Of a DNA stretch of 64,000 nt, positions 45,877-55,503 are shown in pieces. The notes beneath the pieces were generated by a model. That model had not been told where the DNA came from. It made no database searches and saw only the letters and a program-made list of their open reading frames with translations. The position numbers and the translations under genes were made by a program. This DNA comes from Candidatus Sulfotelmatobacter sp. (GTDB lineage: Bacteria; Acidobacteriota; Terriglobia; Terriglobales; Acidobacteriaceae): positions 21,117 through 85,116 of the forward strand of contig JBEKHS010000005.1 of the NCBI GenBank assembly GCA_050012155.1, in the 5' to 3' direction. Numbering within the stretch: position 1 is the stretch's first letter; each line of letters opens with the position of its first letter.

Positions 45877-46884
45877 CTACTTCGCCACCTTCCCCCGCTT
45901 CCGCTCCGCTACCCAGCCCGGCTCGCCCTTGCGCTTGTCTTTCGCCGGAGTCCCATTCAGAAACCCAGACCACCGCAACTCCTGCGCCGGATTCTCCCCG
46001 CTCATCGCCATCTTCACTGCCATCTCCGCCACTGCGTTTACAATCCAGTCAAAATTTTCCTGCCCCACCGACGTAATCTCCGCATCCGGCGCCGGATTCA
46101 GAAAATCAATCGCATAAGGCACTCCAACCTCCACCGCAAACTCCACCGTGTTCAAGTCGTAGCCCAGCACGCGACACAGGGTCAGAGCATCTTTTTCAAT
46201 CCTGGCCCGCAAGGCCTCTGATGACGGCGGAGGGTTCCCCTTCACATAGCGCTCATGATGCGGCGCCCGCGGGTCGTACTTCATGATATGTACTTTTTCC
46301 TGACCAACCACATAACACCGGTAATACTCTTCAAACACCACGCCATGTTGCAGCGTCATGCACAAATCGCCGGTCTGGTTGTAGTGCTGGAAAAATTCCT
46401 CCGGAGAATGCACGTGATAAACGTGCTTCCACCCACCGCCGGAATAAGGCTTCAGAAAAGCAGGGAAGCCGACGTAATCGAACAGCTCCTGCCAGTTCAA
46501 CGGATAAATCAGATTCCGCATCGACAGATCGGTCGTGCCCTCGGGATGCTTGTTATGCGGCAGAATCACCGTCGGAGGAATCGCGACGCCCAGCTTGTGC
46601 GCCAGCGCATAGTTAAAAAACTTGTCGTCCGCCGTCCACCAGAAAGGATTATTGACGACAATCGTTCCGTGCAGCACCGCATTCTTCAAATAGGCCCGGT
46701 AGAAGGGAATATCCTGCGAGATGCGGTCAATGATCACATCATATTTCTTGGGCTCATCCATCCTAATTCCGCCGATCTTCACAAACTCGGCCTCGACCCC
46801 CTCGATGCCCATCGAGTTAACCTTCTCCACCACCGCCGGCGGAAACGTATTCTCCATGCCAAACAAAATTCCAATCTTCTTCAC
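45877..46884 (-). CDS. ATP-grasp ligase (RimK/GshB-like)
   Basis: FPAFLKPYSGGGWKHVY and VVFEEYYRCYVVG are typical ATP-grasp core strands. 335 aa. Confidence 0.8.
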   Translation of the reverse strand: MKKIGILFGMENTFPPAVVEKVNSMGIEGVEAEFVKIGGIRMDEPKKYDVIIDRISQDIPFYRAYLKNAVLHGTIVVNNPFWWTADDKFFNYALAHKLGVAIPPTVILPHNKHPEGTTDLSMRNLIYPLNWQELFDYVGFPAFLKPYSGGGWKHVYHVHSPEEFFQHYNQTGDLCMTLQHGVVFEEYYRCYVVGQEKVHIMKYDPRAPHHERYVKGNPPPSSEALRARIEKDALTLCRVLGYDLNTVEFAVEVGVPYAIDFLNPAPDAEITSVGQENFDWIVNAVAEMAVKMAMSGENPAQELRWSGFLNGTPAKDKRKGEPGWVAERKRGKVAK

Positions 46885-46905
46885 GACGCAATCTCCATTT
46901 CTAAG

Positions 46906-46970
46906 TTGTCATCCTGAGCGGAGTGACTGCTTCGCAAAGCGAAGCAGTTACGCAGTCGAAGGATCCCTAC
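46906..46970. repeat. Nested palindromic REP-like element (GTCATCCTGAGCG ... CGAAGGATCC family)
   Basis: Inner perfect 9-bp stem CTGCTTCGC-aaa-GCGAAGCAG inside an outer ATCCT/AGGAT pairing. Intergenic. Related in outline to 59113-59163. Confidence 0.5.
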
Positions 46971-47014
46971 TCTCTCGATCGCTCGATGCGTACGACCAAC
47001 GACTAACGACGGTT

Positions 47015-47725
47015 CTAAAAATACTTCCCCGCCATCCTCTGCCAAAGCGGCCAATCGTGTTTCGAGTTATCTCCGTAAACATCCAGCCAGTGCGGCACGG
47101 CCTTGCCATTCAGAATCGCCGACAACTTCACGTTCTGGTCCAGACACATGTCCCAATCCGCCGATCCCAACACAATCTTCATCTGCCGGTAGCGGCTCAG
47201 GAACCAGTCATCGTGCTGATTCGGCAAATAATCTATCGGGCAATTGAAGTAGCAGTCGTCGTCATAATATCCATCCAGAAACTGATGGATATCAAACGCC
47301 CCGCTCATGCTCACGCAGTGCGTCACCACATCCGGATGCTTAAAGGCAAAATTCACCGCATGATAAGCCCCAAAGCTGCAGCCCGTTATCGCCAGCCGCG
47401 GCATTTGATTCTTCCACCGGATGAACGGCAGAAACTCATGCAGAATGTAGCGCTCATATTGCAAGTGCCGCAGCACGCGCACCCGGGGGTGAACGCCTTT
47501 GTTGTACCAGCTTTCGGTATCGACGCCATCCGGGCAAAACACCTGCAGTTCGCCGCGCTCAATCTTTGGCGCCAGCACGCCAATCATCCCGCGGTCTTCA
47601 TATTCGAAGAACTTTCCCATGGAGGTCGGAAACACCAGCAGCGGCGTTCCCGCATGTCCGAAGACCAGAGCCTCCATGTCCCGGTTCAGTTCCTGGCTGT
47701 ATCCCTTGTGATATTCGCGATTCAT
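47015..47725 (-). CDS. Esterase-family alpha/beta hydrolase
   Basis: LVFPTS ... ITGCSFGAYHA nucleophile-elbow variant. 236 aa. Confidence 0.8.
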   Translation of the reverse strand: MNREYHKGYSQELNRDMEALVFGHAGTPLLVFPTSMGKFFEYEDRGMIGVLAPKIERGELQVFCPDGVDTESWYNKGVHPRVRVLRHLQYERYILHEFLPFIRWKNQMPRLAITGCSFGAYHAVNFAFKHPDVVTHCVSMSGAFDIHQFLDGYYDDDCYFNCPIDYLPNQHDDWFLSRYRQMKIVLGSADWDMCLDQNVKLSAILNGKAVPHWLDVYGDNSKHDWPLWQRMAGKYF

Positions 47726-47825
47726 TTGTCGGAGTTCGGCAGACGAAGTATCTTACCTGAACGGGGGCGCTTCACCCCACTTTTGTGCTCGGCCTTGCCC
47801 GCTCTGAGCCCCGCAAAATGATATC

Positions 47826-49007
47826 GTGATACGAGATATGTTGGGGAGGCTTGCTAAACTCGTTCCGCGCTCCGCCCCCGTCATCCTGCTCGTGCTCACG
47901 CTCGCCGCAGTTAGCGGCTTCGCTGCCGTGAGCCATCTTGTCTCCCGCTACAACGCCAACCAGCAGGCCCGCGGGCGTAAACTATACGCGCAAGGGCAGT
48001 CTGCCGCCGCAGCCGGTCGCTACGTCGACGCGATCGAGGCCTTTCGCGCTGCCCTTACCTGCGATCCTACGAACTCGCAGTACCAGCTCAGCCTGGCCCG
48101 CGCCTTGCGCGACAGCAATGATCCCCGTTTACTGGATGAGGCTGAATCCTACCTCGTGGCCCTCTGGCAGCGTGCCCCGCAGGATGCCGCCGTAAATCTC
48201 GCTCTCGCGCGTGTCGCCGCCCATCGCGGTTCTATAGACGACGCCACTCGTTACTATCACAACGCCATGTACGGAGCGTGGAACTCTGATCCCGATGCCA
48301 ACCGCAACCGGGCTCGCGTTGAACTCATCCAGTTCTTGCTCGCGCAAAAAGCCTCGGCACAGGCTGAATCCGAGATCATGGCTCTCGCTACTGCCTTGCC
48401 TCCAGACCCCGCCTCGCATCTGCAGGCCGCGCAACTTTTCACGCAAGCCCACGACTATGCCGGGGCTCTATCGCAATATGAGGAAGTCCTCCGCCTGAGT
48501 CCCGATAACACGGCTGCGTTAGCTGGCGCTGGAGAAGCCGCCTACCGTTCCGGCAACTACCCTGCCGCCCAACGCTACTTGCACGCCGCGGCCAACGTCA
48601 ATCCGCAGGATGCCGAGGCCCGCCAGTTGCTCGCCACGACTGACCTCGTTCTCAGCGCGAATCCCTTCCACAGCCATGTTTCCGATGCCGAACGGAACCG
48701 TCGCATCACGGCCGCCTTCGTCCAAGCCGAAAACCGCCTGACCGAGTGCGCCCAGCAAACCGGCGTTGATCTCAAAGCCGCTGCCACTTCCCCCGCATCC
48801 CCGCTTCTCAGCCTGCAGTCGCGCTGGACCGCCACCAACCCGGACCTGGCTCACCTCCGCTCCCCCGGAGAAACCGACCTGCCCGATGCTGTCATGGACG
48901 TTGTATTCCAAATCGAACAGCAAACCGCTTCCATCTGTGGCCAGCCTCAAGGCTTCGATCTGGCGCTGCTCCTGATCTCTCAAAAACGTGAGGCGCTGAG
49001 TCAATGA
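47826..49007 (+). CDS. TPR-repeat membrane-anchored protein
   Basis: N-terminal TM segment, then repeated TPR-like helices (AIEAFRAALTCDPTN, ALSQYEEVLRLSPDN). Confidence 0.7.
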   Translation: MIRDMLGRLAKLVPRSAPVILLVLTLAAVSGFAAVSHLVSRYNANQQARGRKLYAQGQSAAAAGRYVDAIEAFRAALTCDPTNSQYQLSLARALRDSNDPRLLDEAESYLVALWQRAPQDAAVNLALARVAAHRGSIDDATRYYHNAMYGAWNSDPDANRNRARVELIQFLLAQKASAQAESEIMALATALPPDPASHLQAAQLFTQAHDYAGALSQYEEVLRLSPDNTAALAGAGEAAYRSGNYPAAQRYLHAAANVNPQDAEARQLLATTDLVLSANPFHSHVSDAERNRRITAAFVQAENRLTECAQQTGVDLKAAATSPASPLLSLQSRWTATNPDLAHLRSPGETDLPDAVMDVVFQIEQQTASICGQPQGFDLALLLISQKREALSQ

Positions 49008-50791
49008 GCAATCTGGCTTCTAATGCGCCACCTGCGCCTGGGTCGCAGATGCCCTCCTCGTATCTCCAGGCTCCGCGCCGCTTGTTTTCTACGCTCGAGG
49101 GCGTCTTTAACGAAGAGGTTTTTTTTCTCATTCTCTCGGTCTTCATCGGAATCTTTTCCGGCTTAGCCGTCGTCTGCTTTCGTCTTGCCATTGATTGGAC
49201 GCACCTCGCACTGCTCGGTCCGCTCCCGCAAACGCACACCTGGCGGCTATTCGCCGTGCCGGCGCTCGCCGGGCTCGTGGTTGCCGCGCTGGTGCTGCAT
49301 GTATTCCCCGGCATCCGCGGCAGTGGAGTCAATCAGACCAAGGCGGCTCTTTACATCTTCAATGGCTTCATCCCTTTTCGTACTGCTATCGGAAAATTCA
49401 TTTGCGCGGGCCTCGCCATCGGTTCCGGTCAATCGCTCGGCCCCGAAGATCCTTCTCTCCAGATTGGAGCCAGCATCGCCTCCGCCCTCGGGCGCCAGCT
49501 GCAAATCTCCCGCGAGAAGGTTCGCCTCATGGCTCCGGTCGGGGCCGCAGCGGGCCTGGCCGCCGCCTTCAACGCGCCTATCTCCGCGGTTCTCTTCGTT
49601 ATCGAAGAGGTCATCGGACGGTGGAGCGCCGGCATCCTCGGCTCCGTCGTTCTCTCGGCGGTTTCAAGTGTCGTGATCGTGCGCTGGTTCCTTGGCAGCG
49701 AACCGCTGTTCCGCATTCCCGTCACCACCTTCAAGCGTCCCAGCGAACTCCTTGCTTACGCCGTCCTCGGGATCGTCGGCGGCCTGGCCTCGGTTATATT
49801 TGCCAAGTCGATCTCCTATCTGCGTCCTCGGCTGAAAGCTCTGCCCCGTTGGACGCAATATTTTCAGCCGGCCCTTGCCGGACTACTCGTTGGACTTATT
49901 GCTTTCCTCGGCGCTCCGCAAGTCATGGGCGCCGGTTATGATTCCATGGACCAGGCGATGCATGGGCAGTTCGGTTGGAAATTTCTTGCCATCCTCGCCG
50001 TGCTCAAAATTCTCGCGACGACGTTTTCTTTCGTGAGCGGCACTCCCGGAGGCATGTTCGCGCCTACGCTGTTCATCGGAGCCATGCTCGGCGGCGCTGT
50101 CGGCGATATCGAACGTCTTCTCTTTCCTCACCTCACTGGGTCGACTGGAACCTATGTCCTAGTCGGCATGGGCGTGCTCTTCGCGGGTTTCCTTCGTGTT
50201 CCCATGACCTCCGTCTTCATGGTGCTCGAAGTCAGCGGCAACTACGAGATCATCGTTCCCGTCATCGTGGCAAATACTTTCTCCTATCTTGTCTCCCGCA
50301 GCCTGCAAAGTATCCCGATCTTCGACCTGCTCACCCGCCAGGACGGGCTCATCCTGCCGTCGCTCGAAGAAGACCGCGAAGAAGCTATCCTCCGCGTAGA
50401 AGACGCGATGCTCCCCGTTCCCAAGACGATCCTCAGCGCCCAGGATTACGTTGACGCCAGTGCCCGCCGGGTGCAGGACTCCACCGACTCAACTTTCCTT
50501 GTCCGTATGCACCCCAGCGGCTGGAATATCATCAGCCGCGACCTGCTCCAACGTCTTTTCCGCGAAGGTAAAGGCGAACACACGCTCAGCTCCATTCTTC
50601 CCGCTCAATCTCTGCCCAGTCTTTATCCCGATCTCCCGCTTGATTCGGCGCTTCGCTACGTGAACGACTATCCGCTTGTGCCCGTGGTGAATCGCGCCAA
50701 CTCCCGCCAAATCGAAGGCGTGGTCTCGCGCGACTCCGTGTTTCAGAAATACGGCAGCAAGCGCGCGATTCAGGTACCCAGCGCGAACTGA
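49004..50791 (+). CDS. ClC-family chloride channel/antiporter with C-terminal CBS domains
   Basis: GSGVNQ, GQSLGPEDP and GGMFAPTLFIGA selectivity motifs. ATGA overlap with the upstream TPR gene. Confidence 0.9.
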   Translation: MSNLASNAPPAPGSQMPSSYLQAPRRLFSTLEGVFNEEVFFLILSVFIGIFSGLAVVCFRLAIDWTHLALLGPLPQTHTWRLFAVPALAGLVVAALVLHVFPGIRGSGVNQTKAALYIFNGFIPFRTAIGKFICAGLAIGSGQSLGPEDPSLQIGASIASALGRQLQISREKVRLMAPVGAAAGLAAAFNAPISAVLFVIEEVIGRWSAGILGSVVLSAVSSVVIVRWFLGSEPLFRIPVTTFKRPSELLAYAVLGIVGGLASVIFAKSISYLRPRLKALPRWTQYFQPALAGLLVGLIAFLGAPQVMGAGYDSMDQAMHGQFGWKFLAILAVLKILATTFSFVSGTPGGMFAPTLFIGAMLGGAVGDIERLLFPHLTGSTGTYVLVGMGVLFAGFLRVPMTSVFMVLEVSGNYEIIVPVIVANTFSYLVSRSLQSIPIFDLLTRQDGLILPSLEEDREEAILRVEDAMLPVPKTILSAQDYVDASARRVQDSTDSTFLVRMHPSGWNIISRDLLQRLFREGKGEHTLSSILPAQSLPSLYPDLPLDSALRYVNDYPLVPVVNRANSRQIEGVVSRDSVFQKYGSKRAIQVPSAN

Positions 50792-50919
50792 CTTGCTGCG
50801 CGGTCTTTGTGCCTACAAATAAAAATCCGCTCCGTGAGAAGCGGGTTAGTCGATTGCGCCATTCTGCGGAGCGATTCCTTATCCACGCTCACGCCGCTGC
50901 GCAGGGCGTGACTCCGCCC

Positions 50920-51699
50920 CTACTGCGGAGCCGCCAGCTTATATCCCTCATACTTAACGATCTCGCGCAAATGCACAGGCGCGGTCTTGAACCGCAGCGT
51001 GTCATCCGAGCGCGTATACGCTGGAAACCAGTGTCCATCCACCTGCTGCCGATAGGTCACAAACGTTGGATGCAGCTCGGGGCGCTGACCCTTCTTCACT
51101 TGGACCTTCTCAGGACCGCTTTTTCCGCACGCCTTCACAATCTGAAAATCCTGCGCGTCCACCCAGATTCGGCCTTCGAAGTAGCGCTTGCCATTTTCTT
51201 GTTTTTTCGGTTCTACGTGAAACTGGTAGGTGTCGAGGTCGTCAACGTGCTGCTGCCCGGCATAGGTCAGGTTGTACTGCTGCAGATCTTCGCTGGTCAG
51301 CACCAGGGGCATGAAGGTGCGGACGTCTTCCACGTCTTCCTGCGTTAGCTGAATCCCGTGCAACGAAGGCTGCTCGGCGAACGTGACCTGTTCTTGCCGT
51401 CTGCCCTTCTCGTCATAGGAAACGGTCGTCACTTCGTGAAACTCTCCTGTCACGTCTTTACCGACGAGAGTCTGCAGCAGCACATCCTGTTTGAAGGTGT
51501 AATGCCGCCGCGCCTCCTTGGTCGCGGTTTCGGCCGCGCCAAACTTCTGGATCACGTCCTGCACGCTCATCGTCTTCGGCGGAGCGAAATCCAGCAGCCC
51601 GTTTCCTGCCTCGCAATCGGTCTGCCCCCAGGCAGTCTGCAACAGAACACACAGGAGAAGAGCCAGAACGGTTCCTGAGAGAACCACGCGCAATCCCAT
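50920..51699 (-). CDS. Secreted hypothetical protein, LolA/outer-membrane-lipoprotein-sorting-like
   Basis: Signal peptide. YQFHVEPKKQENGKRYFEGRIWVDAQDFQIVK resembles the LolA-like fold family. Confidence 0.6.
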   Translation of the reverse strand: MGLRVVLSGTVLALLLCVLLQTAWGQTDCEAGNGLLDFAPPKTMSVQDVIQKFGAAETATKEARRHYTFKQDVLLQTLVGKDVTGEFHEVTTVSYDEKGRRQEQVTFAEQPSLHGIQLTQEDVEDVRTFMPLVLTSEDLQQYNLTYAGQQHVDDLDTYQFHVEPKKQENGKRYFEGRIWVDAQDFQIVKACGKSGPEKVQVKKGQRPELHPTFVTYRQQVDGHWFPAYTRSDDTLRFKTAPVHLREIVKYEGYKLAAPQ

Positions 51700-51992
51700 G
51701 CTATCGCCTCGTCTTACTTCCTAGGCTGCCATCCTTAACAAAATAAGTTACTTACGAAACCCGTCCGCGCTATCTTAATGGATGCGTTTGCACCCGGTTT
51801 GTTGCCGTTGATCCGACTTCCACATATGTGCAAATTCTTATCACTAGGCGCTTGCCGGTTGCCTGTAACTCGAATCGCCTGCGCTTCCGTTTGGTATGCC
51901 GATTGCCTTACCATCACCGGAAGCCGCGCTAGACGGGCATTCCACCGGTTCTTTCACCTAAAAATGCAATTTCCCCCGGACAGGATCAACCA

Positions 51993-52322
51993 ATGAAGAT
52001 CAATTTTATGAAGACTGCAATCTGCGCTCTCTGTTTTCTCGCCTTTTTCTGCGTCACCAGCGCCTTCGCGCAAAACGCGCCGGTGCTCACAAACATTCCT
52101 CAGCCGCTTCAGATGGCGGAGCACGTCGAGCATGCCTCACAGCATTCGATGGCGCAAGAGTCCAGCTTACTGGGCGCCTCTTCTTACACCTACGCCAAAG
52201 GCGAACAACCGCTGGCCGACCTCGGAACCCTACCCTACGAAACTCCGCTCGGTGATGTCGCCCGCGCCTACAGAAAAGAACACGCATCTGCCGCAAAAGC
52301 TGTGATCGTTCTCGACAAGTAA
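51993..52322 (+). CDS. Small secreted hypothetical protein
   Basis: Signal peptide AICALCFLAFFCVTSAFA. 109 aa. Confidence 0.55.
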   Translation: MKINFMKTAICALCFLAFFCVTSAFAQNAPVLTNIPQPLQMAEHVEHASQHSMAQESSLLGASSYTYAKGEQPLADLGTLPYETPLGDVARAYRKEHASAAKAVIVLDK

Positions 52323-52336
52323 CTGCAAATCGGGTT

Positions 52337-52376
52337 GCGGGAATCCCAGCAATCGCTCGTGAAACGGGATTCCCGC
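52337..52376. terminator. Perfect 11-bp stem hairpin between convergent genes (no U-tract)
   Basis: GCGGGAATCCC-18 nt-GGGATTCCCGC. Confidence 0.35.
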
Positions 52377-52442
52377 ACCGCTCACCCCGTTGCGGATTTC
52401 GCGAAGCGTTGGCGGCCGTCTCGCCCCGTTTTCTCTCGCGTC

Positions 52443-53216
52443 CTACTCGCCCGCTCCCACCATCAGAACCGGCGTCGTGGGCACAGGCGATCCGGCCTCG
52501 TTCTCCACGGTGATCGCGAAGGTTCTGGCTTCGGCTCCCACTGGCAGCGGAGGATTCACCACACTCGCATTTCCGCGCGCATCGGGCTTGAACACCCCTG
52601 CCGGAATCGGAGCCCCGCTCGCCGGAATCAGCCACAACTCATAAGCCTTCTGCGGCGGCAACGGCGGCATATTGTTCGCCAGGAAAACCAGGCTGCCCCG
52701 GCTCCGCAAATAAAACGCCTTGCCTTGCGGCTGCGGAGGAGCCTTTGCCGCGACCAACGTCACGCGCTGCGCGTCCGGCTCAAGAATCGGCGCGGCGAGG
52801 CGGCGCAGCTCTTCCAGTTCGCGACGGTTCTGCGCCGCCCGGGAGCTCGCCGATATCAAATTCTGCCGCAATGCCGAATTTTCCTGCCACAAGGACAGGG
52901 CGAAGATCACTACTGCCGCTGTCGCCGCCCACCCCAGCCATCCCCACCACGAGCGCCTCTGCGAAGCTTCGACCATCCTGGGCAAGCGAGGCTCCCGCGC
53001 CACGGCATCCAGCAGCCGTTGTCGCGCCCGCTGTGGCGGCCGAGGCCCCGTCGCGGAAAGCGCCAGCAACGCGGTGTCGCCGCGCAACTGCTCCAGCTCC
53101 AGCCGGCACGCCGCGCAGCTCGCCAGGTGCTCATCGACCCGAGCGCGATCTTCACCCTGCAGCGCATCCAGCGCGTACAGTGCAAGATCTTCCGCGTATC
53201 GTTCGTGTTCGCTCAT
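52443..53216 (-). CDS. Anti-sigma factor, zf-HC2 N-terminus plus RskA-type C-terminal domain
   Basis: HLASCAACRLELEQL (HxxxCxxC). TM segment. YELWLIPASGAPIPAGVF...ITVENEAGSPVPT (RskA pattern). Confidence 0.8.
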   Translation of the reverse strand: MSEHERYAEDLALYALDALQGEDRARVDEHLASCAACRLELEQLRGDTALLALSATGPRPPQRARQRLLDAVAREPRLPRMVEASQRRSWWGWLGWAATAAVVIFALSLWQENSALRQNLISASSRAAQNRRELEELRRLAAPILEPDAQRVTLVAAKAPPQPQGKAFYLRSRGSLVFLANNMPPLPPQKAYELWLIPASGAPIPAGVFKPDARGNASVVNPPLPVGAEARTFAITVENEAGSPVPTTPVLMVGAGE

Positions 53217-53246
53217 CGCCCAGCCAAACTCAGTTTCCTTGCTCCT

Positions 53247-53298
53247 ATGTGGGGACAGCCGCCCTCGGCTGTCCGCAGAGCGCAGCTCCGCTCCTGCT
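53247..53298 (+). repeat. REP-like palindromic element, copy 2
   Basis: Same 29-nt core as 8028-8056, in the opposite orientation. Lies between the sigma stop and the anti-sigma start. Confidence 0.6.
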
Positions 53299-53311
53299 CA
53301 ACTCTTAATTC

Positions 53312-53893
53312 TCAATTCTGAAACGCCTTCCGCAGCGCGATCAAACCCGCGCGAATCCGCGTCTTCACTGTCCCCAGCGGTTCTCCAGTCTTGTTCGCGA
53401 TCTCAGAATGGCTCATGCCTTCCCAATAGGCCATTTCGAGCGCGCTACGCTGTGCGGGAGCCATGCTTCCCATGACCCCGCGCACTTTTTCCGCTGCCCG
53501 CGTCCGCTCCGCGTCTGCCGCGAGGTCGGGCGCAACCGACAACACCACATCCTCGATGTCCGTTTCGGGCCGCCGTTTTCTGAGGGAGTCAATCGCACGA
53601 TTGCGGGTGATCACAGCCAGCCAGCTTCCCAGACTGCCGCGCGCCGCATCGAAAGCGCCCGGCCTGCGCCACAATTGGAGGAACACTTCCTGCAGCACAT
53701 CTTCGGCCGCTCCCGTGTCGCCCAGCACCCGCAGGGCGACAGCGTACACCACCGACGAATAGCGGTCATAGAGCTCCGCCATGGCCCCTTGGTCGCCGGA
53801 CTTCAAGCCCATCACCAGGGCCAGATCCGCCGAACTGCCTTGTGGTTGCGGACTCGACAAGCGCCAGGTCTCTTCCTTGTATGAAGTACGCAA
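53312..53893 (-). CDS. ECF RNA polymerase sigma factor (SigK-like)
   Basis: Region 2 (YSSVVYAVALRVLGDTGAAEDVLQEVFLQLW) and region 4 (LEMAYWEGMSHSEIANKTGEPLGTVKTRIRAG). TTG start. Confidence 0.85.
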   Translation of the reverse strand: MRTSYKEETWRLSSPQPQGSSADLALVMGLKSGDQGAMAELYDRYSSVVYAVALRVLGDTGAAEDVLQEVFLQLWRRPGAFDAARGSLGSWLAVITRNRAIDSLRKRRPETDIEDVVLSVAPDLAADAERTRAAEKVRGVMGSMAPAQRSALEMAYWEGMSHSEIANKTGEPLGTVKTRIRAGLIALRKAFQN

Positions 53894-53995
53894 AATGAAC
53901 CACAGCGGATTTCCCGCACCCGTTTCGAAAGCTTCAGCCGCGCCGCAGAAGCCGGTATATGAACTACTGTTTCGACCCGCTCAGCATATTCGGTC

Positions 53996-55300
53996 TCACT
54001 GGGTCAACTTGATAGCCAACTGACGCTCCGCCTGCGTCATCTGGCCCCACACTTTCTGAAGGTCGTCCTGCAGCGCCTGATCGTCAGGCTCTTTGTGCAA
54101 CGCGAGCGCAAACCAGCGATAGGAGGTCGGCAAGTCGCGTGGAACACATGAGCCTGTCGAGTACAGCGCACCCAGTGAAATCATTGCCTTTGCGTTCGAC
54201 TGTTCCGCCGCGCTCTTTAACGCTCTCATTCCGCGATCGCAGTCCTGGCGCACTCCGTTGCCGTAGATAAGACGTTCAGCCTCCGCCACGGGATCCACTG
54301 GCCTGGCTGGCAGCTTTGCGGGCGAGGGTTTGTGAATCGGAATCTTCGAAGTAGGAGTGGCCGGTGTCTCCGCCGGGTTCGCTTCTGTAGTCGGAGGAGG
54401 CACGGCATTTTGTGACGGCGAGTCCGCCGGCGCGCTGGAATTGCTCTCCTGCGCTGCAGGAGTCGTCTGCGAAGGAGTAGCCGCCTCAGCGCTCTGCGAA
54501 GCAGCACTTGGCGATGAAACTGGCCCGGTGCCTGCCGGGGTACCCGGCAGAGTACCCTGAGATGGATTCGACTGCACCGTACCAGAAGCCGTTGGCGCCA
54601 CCGCCGTCGCGCCGTCTGTGGCCGGAACGCTCGCTGAACCAACCGTGCCAGCAGGCGCAGTTGTACTGCTCGGATTCGCCGCCCCATTCGGGCTCCCCGA
54701 AGCTGCACCGTTTTGTGCGCCTTCCGAGGTCGGTGCCGCCGCCAGCTTGGTGCCGTCGCTATTCAGCCAGGCGAAGCCTCCCTGTTTCCAGTGCAGGTAG
54801 CCGAATCCCGCGGCTAAGACCAATGCGGCCAAAACCAAAACGAACTTGCCCCGCCCCCGCTTCGGTTCTTCCTCATCATCTTCGAGAAGATAGTCGACGC
54901 TTGAAGAGGACTGCAAAGCATCGCGCCCCGGGTCCGCCGGCTTATTCAAACCCAGAAAAGATGGTCCTGTGATTATCGGTTCGGAGCTCGCCTTAACATA
55001 GCTTGCTCTGACATTGATCGACGAAAGCACCGCCGGACTCCGCTCCGCCGTCACGCCGCTCGCTGCTGCTGGTGCAGACGCTTCCCTCGCAACCGGCCTC
55101 GCAGTTTCTTTCTGCACCGGAGCCGCCACGGCTCTGGCCGCGGCAACACTTCCCGTGGGTCGAGCAGCCGGCCCTGGCCCGGATGCCTGCGCTACCGCCT
55201 GCGCTTTTGCGATGAGCGGCGCTCCGCACATTCCGCAAAAACGGTTGGTTTCGGAATTCTCATTGCCGCAACGTCCGCAGCGCACACTCCCTCCTTGCAT
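53996..55300 (-). CDS. Zinc-ribbon / TM / low-complexity / Sel1-like repeat protein
   Basis: RCGRCGNENSETNRFCGMCG. One TM segment. A Pro/Thr/Ala/Ser-rich linker. C-terminal AMISLGALYSTGSCVPRDLPTSYRWFALA (Sel1-like). Confidence 0.7.
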   Translation of the reverse strand: MQGGSVRCGRCGNENSETNRFCGMCGAPLIAKAQAVAQASGPGPAARPTGSVAAARAVAAPVQKETARPVAREASAPAAASGVTAERSPAVLSSINVRASYVKASSEPIITGPSFLGLNKPADPGRDALQSSSSVDYLLEDDEEEPKRGRGKFVLVLAALVLAAGFGYLHWKQGGFAWLNSDGTKLAAAPTSEGAQNGAASGSPNGAANPSSTTAPAGTVGSASVPATDGATAVAPTASGTVQSNPSQGTLPGTPAGTGPVSSPSAASQSAEAATPSQTTPAAQESNSSAPADSPSQNAVPPPTTEANPAETPATPTSKIPIHKPSPAKLPARPVDPVAEAERLIYGNGVRQDCDRGMRALKSAAEQSNAKAMISLGALYSTGSCVPRDLPTSYRWFALALHKEPDDQALQDDLQKVWGQMTQAERQLAIKLTQ

Positions 55301-55503
55301 ACTCAGACTTCTAGAATACCTCCGCGACCCCCTCTCTCGCGAGTACTGCCTGAGGCGCTGCCCCTCCTCAACCTCAGGGCAGGCTTTCTTTGCGAAACGC
55401 CTGCGAAGGGAAAGATTCTTCCAGGGTTTCGCGTTGCGACCGAGGTTTGTATTCCGTTCTTTGGATTCAGAAGCAGAGTGTGCAAAACGCGAGCCAAGCG
55501 CCC

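Noticed and set aside
52335-53321. 328-aa plus-strand ORF opposite the anti-sigma gene, ending MWGQPPSAVRRAQLRS
   Set aside because: It is Arg/Pro/Gln-rich. Its C-terminus is only the translated REP-like repeat. The minus strand encodes a clear zf-HC2/RskA anti-sigma factor.
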